From: Zootoca vivipara
Lineage: Eukaryota
Direction: 5' to 3'
DNA: 64,000 nucleotides
NCBI RefSeq assembly: GCF_963506605.1
Contig: NC_083277.1
Coordinates: forward strand, 47,616,001 to 47,680,000
Shown here: one piece after another, positions 50,016 to 62,418 of the stretch
How positions within the stretch are numbered: position 1 is the first letter of the stretch
Layout: every line of letters starts with the position of its first letter
Made by a program: the position numbers and the translations under genes
The notes under the pieces: model-generated
Seen by the model: the letters and a program-made list of their open reading frames with translations, nothing else
Databases searched by the model: none
Told to the model about the DNA's origin: nothing

Positions 50016-50303
50016 CTTGCAATTCTTGCTATAGCTATCCTCAAAATAACCCTATGATATAGATTATTAATGTTTATCAATCTATCCATTTGCATATTTT
50101 GGGATCCCTCCCCGTTTTTTCAAAGAGCTCATGTTTATTTCCCAGTTCTAAATATGAAGTTACAGCTGCTGGGAAACCATCCTTTGTTAAATTGATTGAT
50201 TGCTAATTGTTCGGGATGATTGGTCATTTCCTCAGTGGGAGCTAAGAGCTAGTTGTTTTTGCTAGAGTGAACAATTTACTTGTACAGGTGAACTTTGAGG
50301 CTA

Positions 50304-50399
50304 CTGTTCTATATGGATAGTCATGGATAGTCAAATGACTATGGATAGTCATGGATAGTCAAATGTTCTATATGGATAGTCATGGATAGTCAAATGACT
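50304..50399. repeat. Nested tandem repeat of atggatagtc(aaatg) units
   Basis: Three copies of atggatagtcatggatagtcaaatg. Confidence 0.9.
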
Positions 50400-50460
50400 T
50401 TGGGAAGAGAGTGAGCCAAGGTAGGCTTCTATTCTGTTCAGTTGGGATCCAAAGTCACAG

Positions 50461-51034
50461 TGTCACGGTCAGGTCGGCGGGTGGTTGAAGCCCTGACTGA
50501 GGACGTCGGGACCAGAGGCAAGATGGTGATGTAGAAGCAGGAACAGGTGCAGGGCTGAGGGTCCAGCAGCAGGCAGTCACAGGGTCAAGGAGCAAGGCAG
50601 AGGTGAAGGTCTGGGAGTCAAGGAGCAAGGCGTTGGCAAGGCAAAGGTCCAAGGGTCGAGGAGCAAGGCATCAGCAGGGCGAACGTCCAAGGGTCGAGGA
50701 TCAAGGCGTTGGCAAGGCGAGGGTCCAAGGAGCAAGGCGTTGGCAAGGCAAGGGTCCAAGGAGCAAGAGGCCAGAGGCAACCAGGCAGGGATAGTGTTGC
50801 TGTGGCAAAGAGCTGAAGGGAAATGCTGATCTTTTATCCCTCCCAGCTCCTGCCACCAGGTGCAGTGAGGTATCAAGTGGCCTCACCTGAGTGACCACTC
50901 CTTGCCTCTCCAGCACAAGCTGAGGTCTTCACCTGAGTGGCCACTCCTTGCTTCTCCAGCACAAGCTGAGGCAGGCCCCAGTCCTGCAAAGCACTACAGG
51001 CCCCAGAGCCTGACTCCTGCCCATACTCCTGACA
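50461..51034 (-). mobile_element. Solo LTR, Gypsy/Ty3-type (574 bp)
   Basis: TGTCA...TGACA ends; 5-bp TSD cacag; TATA-like gataaaa on - strand near 50835; internal tandem repeats. Confidence 0.88.
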
Positions 51035-51076
51035 CACAGAATCTATTCCAGGAGGGTAGGTTACTGTGATTAATAT

Positions 51077-52514
51077 AATAATAATAATAATAATAATAAT
51101 ATGTTATTTATACCCCGCCCTCCCCATTCAAAACTGGACTCAGGGCGGCTAACACCAATAAAATTACAACAAAACATAAAAAGCAATTAATTAAAATACA
51201 GATTAAAATACAATATTAAAATTAAAAATGCAGCCTCATTTTAAGTAGTCCATAAATCCAAGCCATGAGGGAGGAAAACACAGGGGTCAGACTAAGTCCA
51301 GCCCAAAGGCCAGGCAGAACAGCTCTGTCTTGCAGGCCTTGCGGAAAGATGACAAATCCCGCAGGGCCCTGGTCTCCTGTGAAAGAGCGTTCCACCAAGT
51401 TGGGGCCAATACTGAAAAGGCCCTAGTAGAGGCCAGTCTAGCCACCTTATGGCTCAGGGTCTCCAGAGTATTGTTGTTTGTGGACCTTAACGTCCTCCGC
51501 GGAGCATACCAGGAGAGGCGATCCCATAGGTACGAGGGTCCCAAGCCGCATAGGGCTTTAAAGGTCAAAACCAGCACCTTAAACCTGATCCTGTACTCCA
51601 CCGGGAGCCAGTGCAGCTGGTAAAGCACTGGATGAATATGATCCCGCGGCCAGGACCCCGTAAGGAGCCTCGCCGCTGCATTCTGCACCTGCTGGAGTTT
51701 CTGGGTCAGCTTCAAGGGCAGCCCCGCATAGAGTGAGTTACAATAATCAAGCCTGGAGGTGACTGTCGTATGGATCACTGTGGCCAGATCACGACGAGAG
51801 AGGTAAGGGACCAACTGCTTGATACGGCGGAGATGGAAAAATGCCACCTTAGCTGTGGCTGCAACCTGTGCCTCCATGGAGAGAGAGGCGTCAAAGGTTA
51901 CACCCAGACTCTTGACAGAAGGCGCTGGCACTAATTGAGCCCCTGCAAGAGATGGGGGTTGGCTCCCCCAACCCCATGTCGTCCCGACTCAGCCAGAGGA
52001 CCTCTGGCTTCGAAGGATTTAGCTTCAACCGGCTCCCACATAGCCATCCAGCCACAGCTTCCAAGCACTTGGTCAGTGTGTCCGGGGCTGAGGCAGGGCA
52101 GCCGTCCATCCACAGATAAATCTGGGTGTCATCAGCATATTGATGACAACCCAGCCCAAAACTCCGGACAATCTGGGCAAGGGGGCGCATAAAGATATTA
52201 AAAAGCATTGGGCCTTGCGGGACTCCATACACCAAGGAGTGCCGCGGCGACAACTCCCTCCCTAGTGCCATCCTCTGTCCCCGACCTAAGATAAAGGAAT
52301 GCAGCCATTGTTGGACCATGCCCTGAATCCCCACGTCGGCAAGGTGGTGGTCTAAAAGTTCGTGATTGACCATATCGAAGGCTGCTGACAAATCTAAAAG
52401 AATCAGCAGTCCCGACCCACCTCGATCCAGCTGTCTACGGAGATCATCTGTTAAGGCGACCAGAGCCGTCTCGGTCCCATGACCAGTGCGAAAGCCGGAC
52501 TGAAATGGATCTAG
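51077..52514 (-). mobile_element. 5'-truncated L2 LINE (RT domain to 3' end), frameshifted
   Basis: DLSAAFD, GVPQGP, YADDTQ, LKLNPSK, RLDYCN, HWLPV motifs; (AAT)n tail. Confidence 0.95.
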
Positions 52515-55500
52515 ATTAGTCCATTCCCAAGCCGTATCCAGGGCCTAGAAAATAAAAGGCTTTCCTGCATCTCCTTGCAAGCATGTGTTGTCGGAGAACA
52601 AAAGAAGGAAGAGCAAGAATTTATTTACTCCATAGCAATAAGAGTTTCCATACCATCTGCAAATTAGTATATTCAATGGGAAGCTTAAGAGTCCTGTCCT
52701 TTACTAGGGATAAATAGTATTAGAGAAAGCATAGTGATATTTACTTATGGCACAGGCTCCCAGGCACATTTTGTGCTGTCCCCAACATATTTCATTGCCT
52801 TCCACCAACTTCTGAAGTTACATAAGGTACTGTGAGAGCCAAAACATAACCATCCATCAACAATCCTAGATGACATCACTGTAAATCCAGAAACTGTATT
52901 GCCTACACTTAACCTAAGAATGAAATGGGATGGCTTGTGACCCTCCAGTTGTTACTGGACTACAGCTTCCATCATCACTCATCATTGACCACGCTGGTTG
53001 GGACTGATGGGAACTAGATTCCATCAACATCCAGAGGACCACAAGTTATTCATTCCTGTCTTAGTGAAAATAGAAAATTGTGAAATATCTCATCCCCCTG
53101 TGCTTGAATATTAAACATTAATGAAACATTCTACTTGTTGAAGTAGGAATGATTCAATATTATTATCAAATGTGTATATATTTTAGTGAGGATAGTTTAC
53201 AGTTTACAATTATCAAGCATATCTTTGGAATCTTGGTTTTTATTTCATACCAGCTGGCTAGTATATTCCTGATCTACTCATTATACCCTTTCTTCTCTGC
53301 ATTTCTTTCCCATTGGTTGGAGAAAAACCTATGAAACACTAATTACTCTAAAATTGTCCAACATTTGACTTTTGTCTATCTCTTAATTAATATCAATCAA
53401 TTTTTATTGTATATAGCCAAAGCCCTTTACAATGCATTACAGAGAATAAAAGGAAACTGGGGATATTATTTTATCATCTAAAATCATACACGTAACCTGT
53501 GGCAGTTTACAACATAAAAAGAAATTTACAACAATATTTTAAAAGACTAAAACTTAGGTAAACCAGCAATTGATAAAATTTAAAAGAATTCCAGCCTAGT
53601 AATCCCTAAAATTAATTAAAGATCACAATTTAAGGCTAATAAAAATAACCATTAATAATTCAAAGCCAGCCCACATACTAGATAAAGCATATTTGAAACA
53701 AATGGGCTTTCAAAGCCCGTTTAAAAGCCAGGACCACGACTGAAAAGGCATGTCTCTTGCACCCACCAAGCTATCTGGTTTTATTGATGGTCCAATAAAT
53801 GGGGCCTCTGATAACAAACTTGCAACCTGGCCTGGTTCATATGGATGTAAGTAATCCTTCAAATAACCTGGCTCCAACTACAGCCATGTTGAGTGGCCAG
53901 TTAAAGATGCAAAATGTGCCCTACATGCAAAACTGTAGTTCTTCAAGATTTTGGACATGCTTGAGCTCTCTGTTTTTTAATAAGATGTCAGTTTACTGGG
54001 GTTAACTAGTTGTTAGATAAGCTATAGAACACAAGGAATATCTGGAAAAGGCATTGCCCAAGCTATGAAGGGGGAAATTGCATAGCTCCGGTCCAAGCAT
54101 CTGCTTCTAAACAAGTTCAAATTTATTCACCTATTTAGAAAATGTCTTAATCACTCTATATTCAGAAGAATCTCAGGGTTTCTAAGTGTGCAAAGTGGCT
54201 ACAAGGGAAAGGGACCACATGGTGTGGCAGTGGTACTTTTGACCATGATTCATTCTCCCAGGGAGGTTCATCTGGAGCCTACTTGGATATCATTTTGGCA
54301 CCAGGTGAAGACATTTACATTTCCTCAGGCTTTTTCATTCCCTGCACATTCTCTCCCCCCCCCCCCCGCCCTTGAAAAAAGTTCCCCACCCCTGCTCTGC
54401 AGGAATACCTCTCTAGTTTTGTTCTTGTATTGATTCAGAGGGTGAATATTTTCTTATTCTGCCAGGTGTCTAGCAATTAGAAAAGTATCTGATGATTTAG
54501 TGTACATAAATCATTGCTGTCGGTTGCTAGGACACATATTTTATTGTTAGCTTTTGATGTGTTATTAAGTTGCAGTGGTAGTCAACTAAGTTTTACTCAG
54601 AGTAGATCTGTTGAAATTAGTGGACCAGTCATGCTCATTAATTTCAGTGGGTCTACTTTGAGTAAAACCTAGTTGATTACTATCCTTGGTGTTGCTTTAA
54701 TTACGTATTATTGTGGACTGCCATGGCTGCAGTAAAAAGTTGTACAGTACTTGCTAAAAGATCGATTTAAATGTTTTTTTTCTTTTTTAAAAAATACGTG
54801 CTATTTAGATATTTCCTCATAAACCTGCATTTAGAAGGTGAAAAATCTCCATAACATTTTATCACACTTTTTAACATTCCATGTGCTTATTCAAATTAAT
54901 CTGATGTGGATTATTTACCTCCAAAGCTAACAATTAGGATGGATAGGTTAAAGAAAAGGCTAATGCATATTTAACAATGGAATGTGGAGTTCTGAACTGA
55001 CATCCTTGATTGTGCACCTGCAACCAGACAATAGGCAGACTACAAGTATATGATGGTTACACATTACACATAGAGTAATGAACCTGTGTTAAGCTATTTA
55101 TGTATGCTTTGCAGTTGCAGTCCAGGAGGAAGAGTGGAATAGTGTATAGTATGTTTCTGGAAAGTTCAGGTTGAAACCCTATTTTCCCCACAGTCTGTTG
55201 TATGACACTGAAGAAGTCAGCTTAGCGGCCCATCACTGCCTTCAAACCAGCTCCTTACAAATGTTCTGAACATAGAGGAGAGACATGACATTTTGATGGT
55301 AGGCTCTGTGCCCAACCTACATGCATTTGTTTCAATACAACCAGCAACCCTGCAGGGATGTCTAAACTGTAGTTCTCCAGATGCTGAATTACAACTCCCA
55401 TCAGCATGACCAATGGTTAGGGATGATGGGAGCTGGCAGTCTAGCCAACATGTTCATGAGATCTGAAAGAGCCCTCCTGTATTTCTGCAAGGGCATTGGA

Positions 55501-55879
55501 CATATAGGGGGATAACGGGAGATGTCAAGAGAGCTCTATAGCCATAGCCTCTTCTACATGACTGGGAACACTTTGTACTCAGAGCTCCTTCTGGCCGATC
55601 ACACTTATCCTCTTTAGTCTAGGTGAGAATCAGCAGAATCTTGCTACTGAATTGAGTTCGCAGGAGGACAAACGCAGCATGGGGCCACTTTGCTGATTAA
55701 AAACTCAGCTGGTGCGCTAAGTAGTAGTTCTGCATCTATACCCACTTCAGCTCTTTGCCAGTTTTGGTTACGCTGCTCTCTTACATCTTCCATTTTTTAG
55801 CAGATATAAAACTAAGGGGGAGACATAATGCAGAGGTAGGGAGCGGTACGTTCCCTGAATTCAACTAGAAAAGAAGAGC

Positions 55880-56525
55880 GATAGCAAGCTCCGCTCTCTT
55901 ATGCTCCTTGGGATGCTCCGAAGGAGGAATCCTTGCAAACAAGGGACATCTGGAGAGCTTAATCCTAGTCTAGACAAGACCGGGGAGATGCCACGGATCC
56001 AACTCCGGGGGCTGGGGAGAGCACCGTGTATCCGCTGTGCTTATCCCGGCCTGGGAAGCCGCCCCCGCCCCCCCCCGCCTCACAAGGGCATTTGCGATGC
56101 CCATTTGAAAGCACGCGTTTCAAATGGCGGCGGCGAGACAGGCGGACAATCCTAGGGAGGAGGAAAAGGGGCTGGGCCGGGAGAGAGGCTGCTCCAGCCA
56201 TCGAGGACTCGGCACTCCAGGCGCGAGGACTCGAGCTCCGAGAGCTTGGATGGCTTTGGAATAAATGTCTCGGTGTTAGTAAGGCGGCCATTTTAGATGG
56301 GGAGCGGAGTGGGCGGCTGGGAGTGAGGGAAGAGCAGTCGGAGCTGGAGGAGGCGGCGGCGGCGGAGGCGGCGGCGAAGGCACCCGAGAGAGGCGGACAG
56401 GTACCGGACTGGTTTCGCGGCTGGGAGGGCGGGAGTGTCGCAGCCGGAGCCCCGGGAAAGAGCTGAGGTTGTCCAAAGAGATGCGGAAGGCGCCGTCTTG
56501 TCGAGGCGCGTGTGTGTGTGTGAGA

Positions 56526-56563
<38 letters not shown>

Positions 56564-57450
56564 TATAGCGGGGGGCTAGGAAAGCCCGGAGACACTGGGA
56601 AGGGGGCGGCCGCGAAGGAGCTGCTCCAGCAGCCTCCGTTGTGCTCGGCGTCTGGATCCCTGTGCGGACGGAGCCGCCCAGGTTGGACGGCTGTGTCCGC
56701 CCGCGAGTCCCGCCTGTCCCGAGACTGAGACGGGGATGCTGCGCGCTCGCTCGGGTTCGGCGCTGGGCTGCTTCTCCCCATTCCCCGCTGCTCGCATAGG
56801 CGTCGCTTTTCTCCGGCAGTTTAGACGGGGCGCTCAGTTTGCAGCTGCTAAAACTGCCTCCGTAGTCAGCTTTTGACGCTACCCGACTGTCGGGCCCTAC
56901 CCACTTTTAGTTTGTTTGTTTCTCGCTTGCTTTCTCCTTCCTCATTTTTTTTTTTTTGAAAAATTTGGTTCGGGTGAGGAAAGCGTGCTGTCCTGCCCCT
57001 TCAGGGAACGGGTGTGGGGTATGAGGCAAGCAGCGCAGGCTTCTCTTTTGCTGGCGTCCAATAATGTGATGCAGCAGCGGCTCCTTCGCGACGTTGACAA
57101 GGGTAGGAATGGATGCTGCTGCCGTCGCTGCGCAAGTCAGCGAGTCGGTGCTTTTCTTTTGCCGGGTTGATGCTTTCAGGCTGGGTCTTCGGGCTCCTGT
57201 TGTGACTAAAACGCCTGCTGATTCAAAAGTAGCCAGCGCTTCGTCTTTTTCTGCCATGAGTTGAAGTTTGTGTCGATTTGGGCAGTGGGTTAGTTATCCG
57301 GAGCCGGTGTGGTTTGAAATGCGTTTGCCTGCCTCCGTCGTAGCTGCAGCATCCTCTGGAGTCTGGACGGAGCCTTTTGCGTCCTGGATAGTCTCTGAAT
57401 TGCATTGGAAATAATTTGAAACGCGCGATTAGAAACTTTCAGAAATGAGG
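55880..57450. promoter_or_regulatory. CpG island / housekeeping-type promoter
   Basis: Dense CpG and high GC; GC boxes 56059-56079; YY1-like aaatggcggc (56122) and gcggccatttt (56284); TTTGAA palindrome; (GT)n(GA)n tract 56509-56560. Confidence 0.9.
56285..56400 (+). other. Candidate first exon of an unidentified gene (start approximate)
   Basis: YY1-like motif, GGC repeats, donor cag|gtaccg at 56400/56401. Confidence 0.55.
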
Positions 57451-58520
57451 TCATCGCTAGGGAGTGAGGAGAGGTTGCGGAATGGGGATTCCCATATTTT
57501 CCCCGTGTGTGATCTAGATGTGTTCTTGGTTGCTTTAAGAAAGGTGGAAAAGAGGAGGCTATATCACAGCTTACTTGCTTAAGTCTGTGCGGGTAAGTGA
57601 AGGTGAAGACATAAACACCTGGGGAGAACTTCTTTCATCAGTCTTCTGGCTATCTTTGTAGAGGTAGGAGACAAGGAGTCTTTATGCGAGCCTACTTAGA
57701 TTTTCTTTGTCATGAACTGGCATTGATTTGTGTATCTCACATAGTTAAGTAATGCAAATCAAGTCAGTGATAAGCAGGGTTGTCTTGAGTTCCTTTTGTT
57801 GGCGGTGGTTGTTTTGGCTTGGAGTGGGAAAGTACATGATTTCTATTTCTGTAGTCTATTACAGACTATTTCTAATGAGTATTGGCTGAGTCATCAATGT
57901 TTACTTGAAAGTGGCTTTACTTTCCAAGTAAGTGTCCATAGGATTGTAACCTACAGTACTTGGGAAATAGCGTAGACTTGGGAAATTTCCAGTTTTAAAA
58001 CACACAAATGGTGCAATCCTAGGTAAGCAAATATTTTTGAATGTGTTGCATCTATTTTAAGAGAGAACATAGCTTTTCAGAAGATACCTTATCAAATGTT
58101 TTGCGTATTTGTTTGTTTATTTTGTACATAGCTAAATGCCAAAATAGAATTCTTGGCAGTTTACAAGCATATAAAGTGCCAAGTCTAATCTCTGGAATCA
58201 CTGATCAGAGTATCTTAGATAGAAGGGCTTAAAAAAATCTCTTCTAGAAACCTTGGTAGATGTGATGCCAAAGTAGATAGTCCTAGGCTAGGCCATTGGT
58301 TTGCCTGCCTGAAGTTGATACATGCTGTAGTGTCCTTAACTGTGTAGCACATTCCAACGTTGCATGAATTAGCCTGCAATCCTATTTCCACTTACCTGGG
58401 GATAGGCTTCATTGAATTCAGTAGGACTTCTAAGTAGACAAAGTTAGGATTAATTACACTGTTAATCATGTATTCTTCTGTTTTGAAATTGAGTGTGGAA
58501 TCTGTGATCCTCCACAGGTT

Positions 58521-58816
58521 CTAGTTACAGGTAGGTAGCCGTGTTGGTCTGCTGTAGTCGAAACAAAATAAAAAAAATCCTTCCAGTAGCACCTTGGAGA
58601 CCAACTAAGTTTTTCATTGGTATGAGCTTTCATGTGCATGCACACTTCTTTAGATACACTGAAACAGAAGTCACCAGACCCTTATATATAGTGAGAGGGT
58701 AGGAAGGGGTACTACTCAGAAGGGAATGGGTCACCCATTCCCACCACCCTTCTGAGTAATACCCCTCCCCACCCTCTCACTATATATAAGGGTCTGGTGA
58801 CTTCTGTTTTGGTGTA
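58521..58816 (-). mobile_element. Penelope-like element with a fold-back inverted segment, inserted in a hAT MITE
   Basis: TSD cctccacaggtt / cctccagaggtt; hammerhead on - strand with mutated core (CTAAAGA); long inverted repeat 58655-58816. Confidence 0.85.
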
Positions 58817-61548
58817 CCTCCAGAGGTTGTTTGACGCAGCTCCTATCAACCTAGCCAGCATGGTCCTGGGGGGGTCGCCGTCTCCCCAAGTGCGTTTTTC
58901 CAACAGGCCAATGGTCAGGGATGGTTGGAGTTGTAATCCAGCAGCATCTGGAGGGCCATAGGTTAGTCATCCTGGTCCAAAATTAAGATTTAACTTATAG
59001 TTAAGATTTTAATTTCAAGTGGTGTTGGTTATGCTTCTTGAATAATTTATTTTTTGTACATTGCTATTTTGTTTGGAAAGCTGCTGCTATACAGATGTAA
59101 AATGTTTCAGTAACTGGCATGTGATGTTGCTAGATGATTTGTATACCATGCCGAAATTATTTTACTGGAACTATGCAATAAAACCACTTTATATTATTCC
59201 AAAACCTTCTTAAGCATGAGAAGTTATATGCTGTAGTATGATGAATACCTTTTCAGAGTTGAGAATTGGTTAATAACCTCTTTTGACAGTAGCTGATATT
59301 TTCATTACAGAATATTGTTGCTGCCAACCTAACATTGGAGGTTTATTGCAAAAGTTATCTTTGAAGTTTTTGATTATAATGCAAATATATCTCACTGCTC
59401 CTTTGAGAAGTGCAATAACAAATGGATCCCTAAGTTTGTTTGCAGCTATAAGTGACGCTGTGTCCTGCTGCTGTACTTTTGGAGCAGCGTTTTTTTGGAT
59501 TTTTTAAGGCAAAGCCTTGACTGTTCCTTAGATGGAGCAGGAAATATAAATATGATCAAAATCAAATCAAATAAGTCTGGCTTTAACTTGTGAAAAGTTG
59601 TGGATAATTGGCATTTCAGTCACTGTATATTCCATTTTAGGTTACTCTATAGAGTCACTTTGTTAGATGCTGCTGCTGCTGTGTGTTAGGCTTTTCAGTG
59701 CTGCATGAATTATTTTAAGTGTATGACAGTATTGTTGCTTAGTGTGCAACTTGGTGTTCCAGTGCAGTTGTGGTATAACCAAAATTGCTTGAGATCTGGC
59801 AAATCCTAATAAAATTATATCAATAAGTAATGTGTTCTATTCATTGCACATAGTATCACTTTAGAACACTTGGGACATCTTGTATATTTTTAGATTGTGA
59901 ACTGAGTGAGGTTGGTTCACTGAGTTACCAGATGGGTGTGGTACTAACAGTAATTAAATCTGGTTTAGGGTTTTAGACCCAAGGGCTTCAGTGTGGCATT
60001 TTACTTTGTAATTTTTCAAAGGGAAGAGAGTGAGCTAAAATCTTGAAATCAGTCTTGACTTTGCTTAGCTGAATAGTAGTGGTGAAGGGGGAACTAAACA
60101 GAAGAAGGGAGAGGGAGAATTGCATCTTTTTGTTTCTTAATGTTAAGTGGCTTGGGAAGGGCAAGGAGATTGTTCTCTTTACATGCTTAAACTAATTTCG
60201 TAACGAGGTATAGTATAGATATGGTATCAAAGCCTTTATCTTAAGGTGTACTTTCTACTGTTGGCTTAACCACAGCATACCGTAAATCATAGAGCTTTTT
60301 GCTAAAACACAGAAACATTTTTTTGGTGGCTAGAAGATGTATCTATCCTAGGTAATTGTGGATACAAGTAAGTGGACTCACATTTGTGCCAGCAATCCTA
60401 AATACTGCATTTGATTTCTCAGCTGCTGCAATAGCTTTGGTTTTTACCACCATGAAAACATGACAGTGGCATATTTATGGAGCAGTACTGAGGAATATCC
60501 CTTCCCCCAAATATACTTAGTAGCTCATGAGAAATCTGTTACATACTGTATTCTGTGTGATTTGATACTATTTCAATTTCTAGTGGTTATACAATGAGTA
60601 TTTGGGAGGGTACAAAGTTTCCCCAAAGCCATATTCTTAGGAAACACTGTTGGGAAACTTGCTGTAGGTGAGGAAGAGGATGCTCAACTCATGAACTGGA
60701 GAAACTTTGCTCTTTCCTTTACTTCTGTCTTTCATACTGATGTCTTGCAGTAGAATAAGTTATAGTTTCCTCTCCCCACCCAACCAAACTATATATGGGT
60801 CCCACCAGTTGTGGTGAATGACAGCTCCCTTGTTACTGAAATCCTAGGAGAAACACAAAGTTTATTGTGCATCTTTAGTTGCATTTAATTTGGAGGATCA
60901 CAAGTGGTGTCACACTCATCAATATTTGGAAGCACTTGTGGCTCTGTAGAAGTGAATTTTAGCTATGGTATGCCTGAATCAGACAAGAAACACGGGTTTG
61001 TTTTTTTTACATGCATGTTTATTTCCAAAGATCATACAAACAAATGGGTCCTGAAATAGGACTTAATCTTGGAAAATATAAAGAGCAGAGTTGAATGAAG
61101 ATGCAGAGTTGAGTCTTCCTTCTCAACCTTCACAAATTTACAGTGTTAGCTGTAGTTCATATATACGGTATATGTAGCCAAAGGGTTATAAAAAGAAAGC
61201 CAGCTGATGTTGCAGTCTAAGCAGTGGCCATATAGTGGAAAGATTCTCCTTTGGCATCTTCAGTAGTGCTATTTTTACCTATTCCAATAGATCTGTCCTT
61301 GTGATTTTGAGCTAAAGGACAGTAACTGAAACTAAGTTTTATTTGCATTGCAACCAGAAAAAAACAGAGGAGGAAAAGAATATGGCTACTAAATACCTTT
61401 TCATATCTGTAAACGTTGCATAGGGCGATGTAAAGTGATAAATGATTTTTATTTTGTTGTGTTGCTGACATAATTTATGTGTTTCCTTTTTACCTGTTAA
61501 CCATGTTGATTAGTAATAACTTTCTTGAAATCTGTTTTGTTTTAACAG

Positions 61549-61667
61549 CATTGTACTGCAACACTAAAAGAATCCTTGTCCAAGCTATAACACTTGTATA
61601 CTCTGGATTATGATTAATATACAAGATACTTTGCATACATTATCTCAGAAATTTTACAAGAGAGATG
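61549..61667 (+). other. Candidate exon 2 (119 nt, ends in ATG)
   Basis: Strong acceptor ttttgttttaacag; donor atg|gtgggc. Confidence 0.5.
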
Positions 61668-62374
61668 GTGGGCTACCAAGGCCACCCTAGGGCTATCGTG
61701 ACTGAGGTGAACTTTAGGTGGAGCGGGTGGCCTTCCTGGCTTACACTCCCAGCTAGTTTACAATCTCAGTATAATATGGCGGTGAATGAATTTAGGCAGA
61801 CATGCAGGGAGGTGTACATTGGTTGCTCTGTTGGATGAAAATATTGAATTAATTAGAGACTTTTGAAGTATGACTTGATTTTGGAATGTGTTTGCGATGC
61901 ATTTATTTCTGGATTGACTTGTCTTAAATCTTGTCTCTTGCCGCTTTAATACTAGCTAGCTTCTTTTTTTGCCAGCTAGTTCCTTGTATATGTCATTAGT
62001 TTAATTCCTTTTCTTTTTCTTAGTTGTGCAGTGTGGTTATCTAATATCCCTGTGTAATTCATTTCCTTGTAGATGCAATCAACAATGGGACCTACCTTGG
62101 TGCCTTCCAAGAGTGTCTTGTAATTTATATTTGCTAATTAGAAGTTGACCTTCTAGCAGTACCTTAGAATGTGTGCAGTGCACATTAGTGTTCATACATG
62201 TGTGTGGTCCCAGTCATTCCACTTGTTAATATGGATGACAGCTTACAAGTTGGGTGATTATATTTATGGATGGCAGCAATTCATGTGATTTGCAGCTGTT
62301 AGAAAAAATGCTGCATTCATCATACAGATTTTAGCAGTTTGATTTCCTGTTTCACTTGTTACTTTTATCCCTAG

Positions 62375-62418
62375 GACTTGTGTCAAAGATGAGATGTGTT
62401 GTTGGAGAAATCTGTTGT
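62375..62418 (+). other. Candidate 44-nt exon
   Basis: Acceptor cttttatccctag; donor tgt|gtgagt. Confidence 0.35.

Noticed and set aside
49783-50095. ORFs containing X runs
   Set aside because: Artefacts of the N gap.
55901-57257. Multiple ORFs in the CpG island
   Set aside because: Low-complexity GC-rich frames with no recognisable protein; no gene symbol could be assigned.
62210-62330. Possible H/ACA snoRNA (two hairpins ending in ACA)
   Set aside because: No proper ANANNA hinge box between the hairpins.
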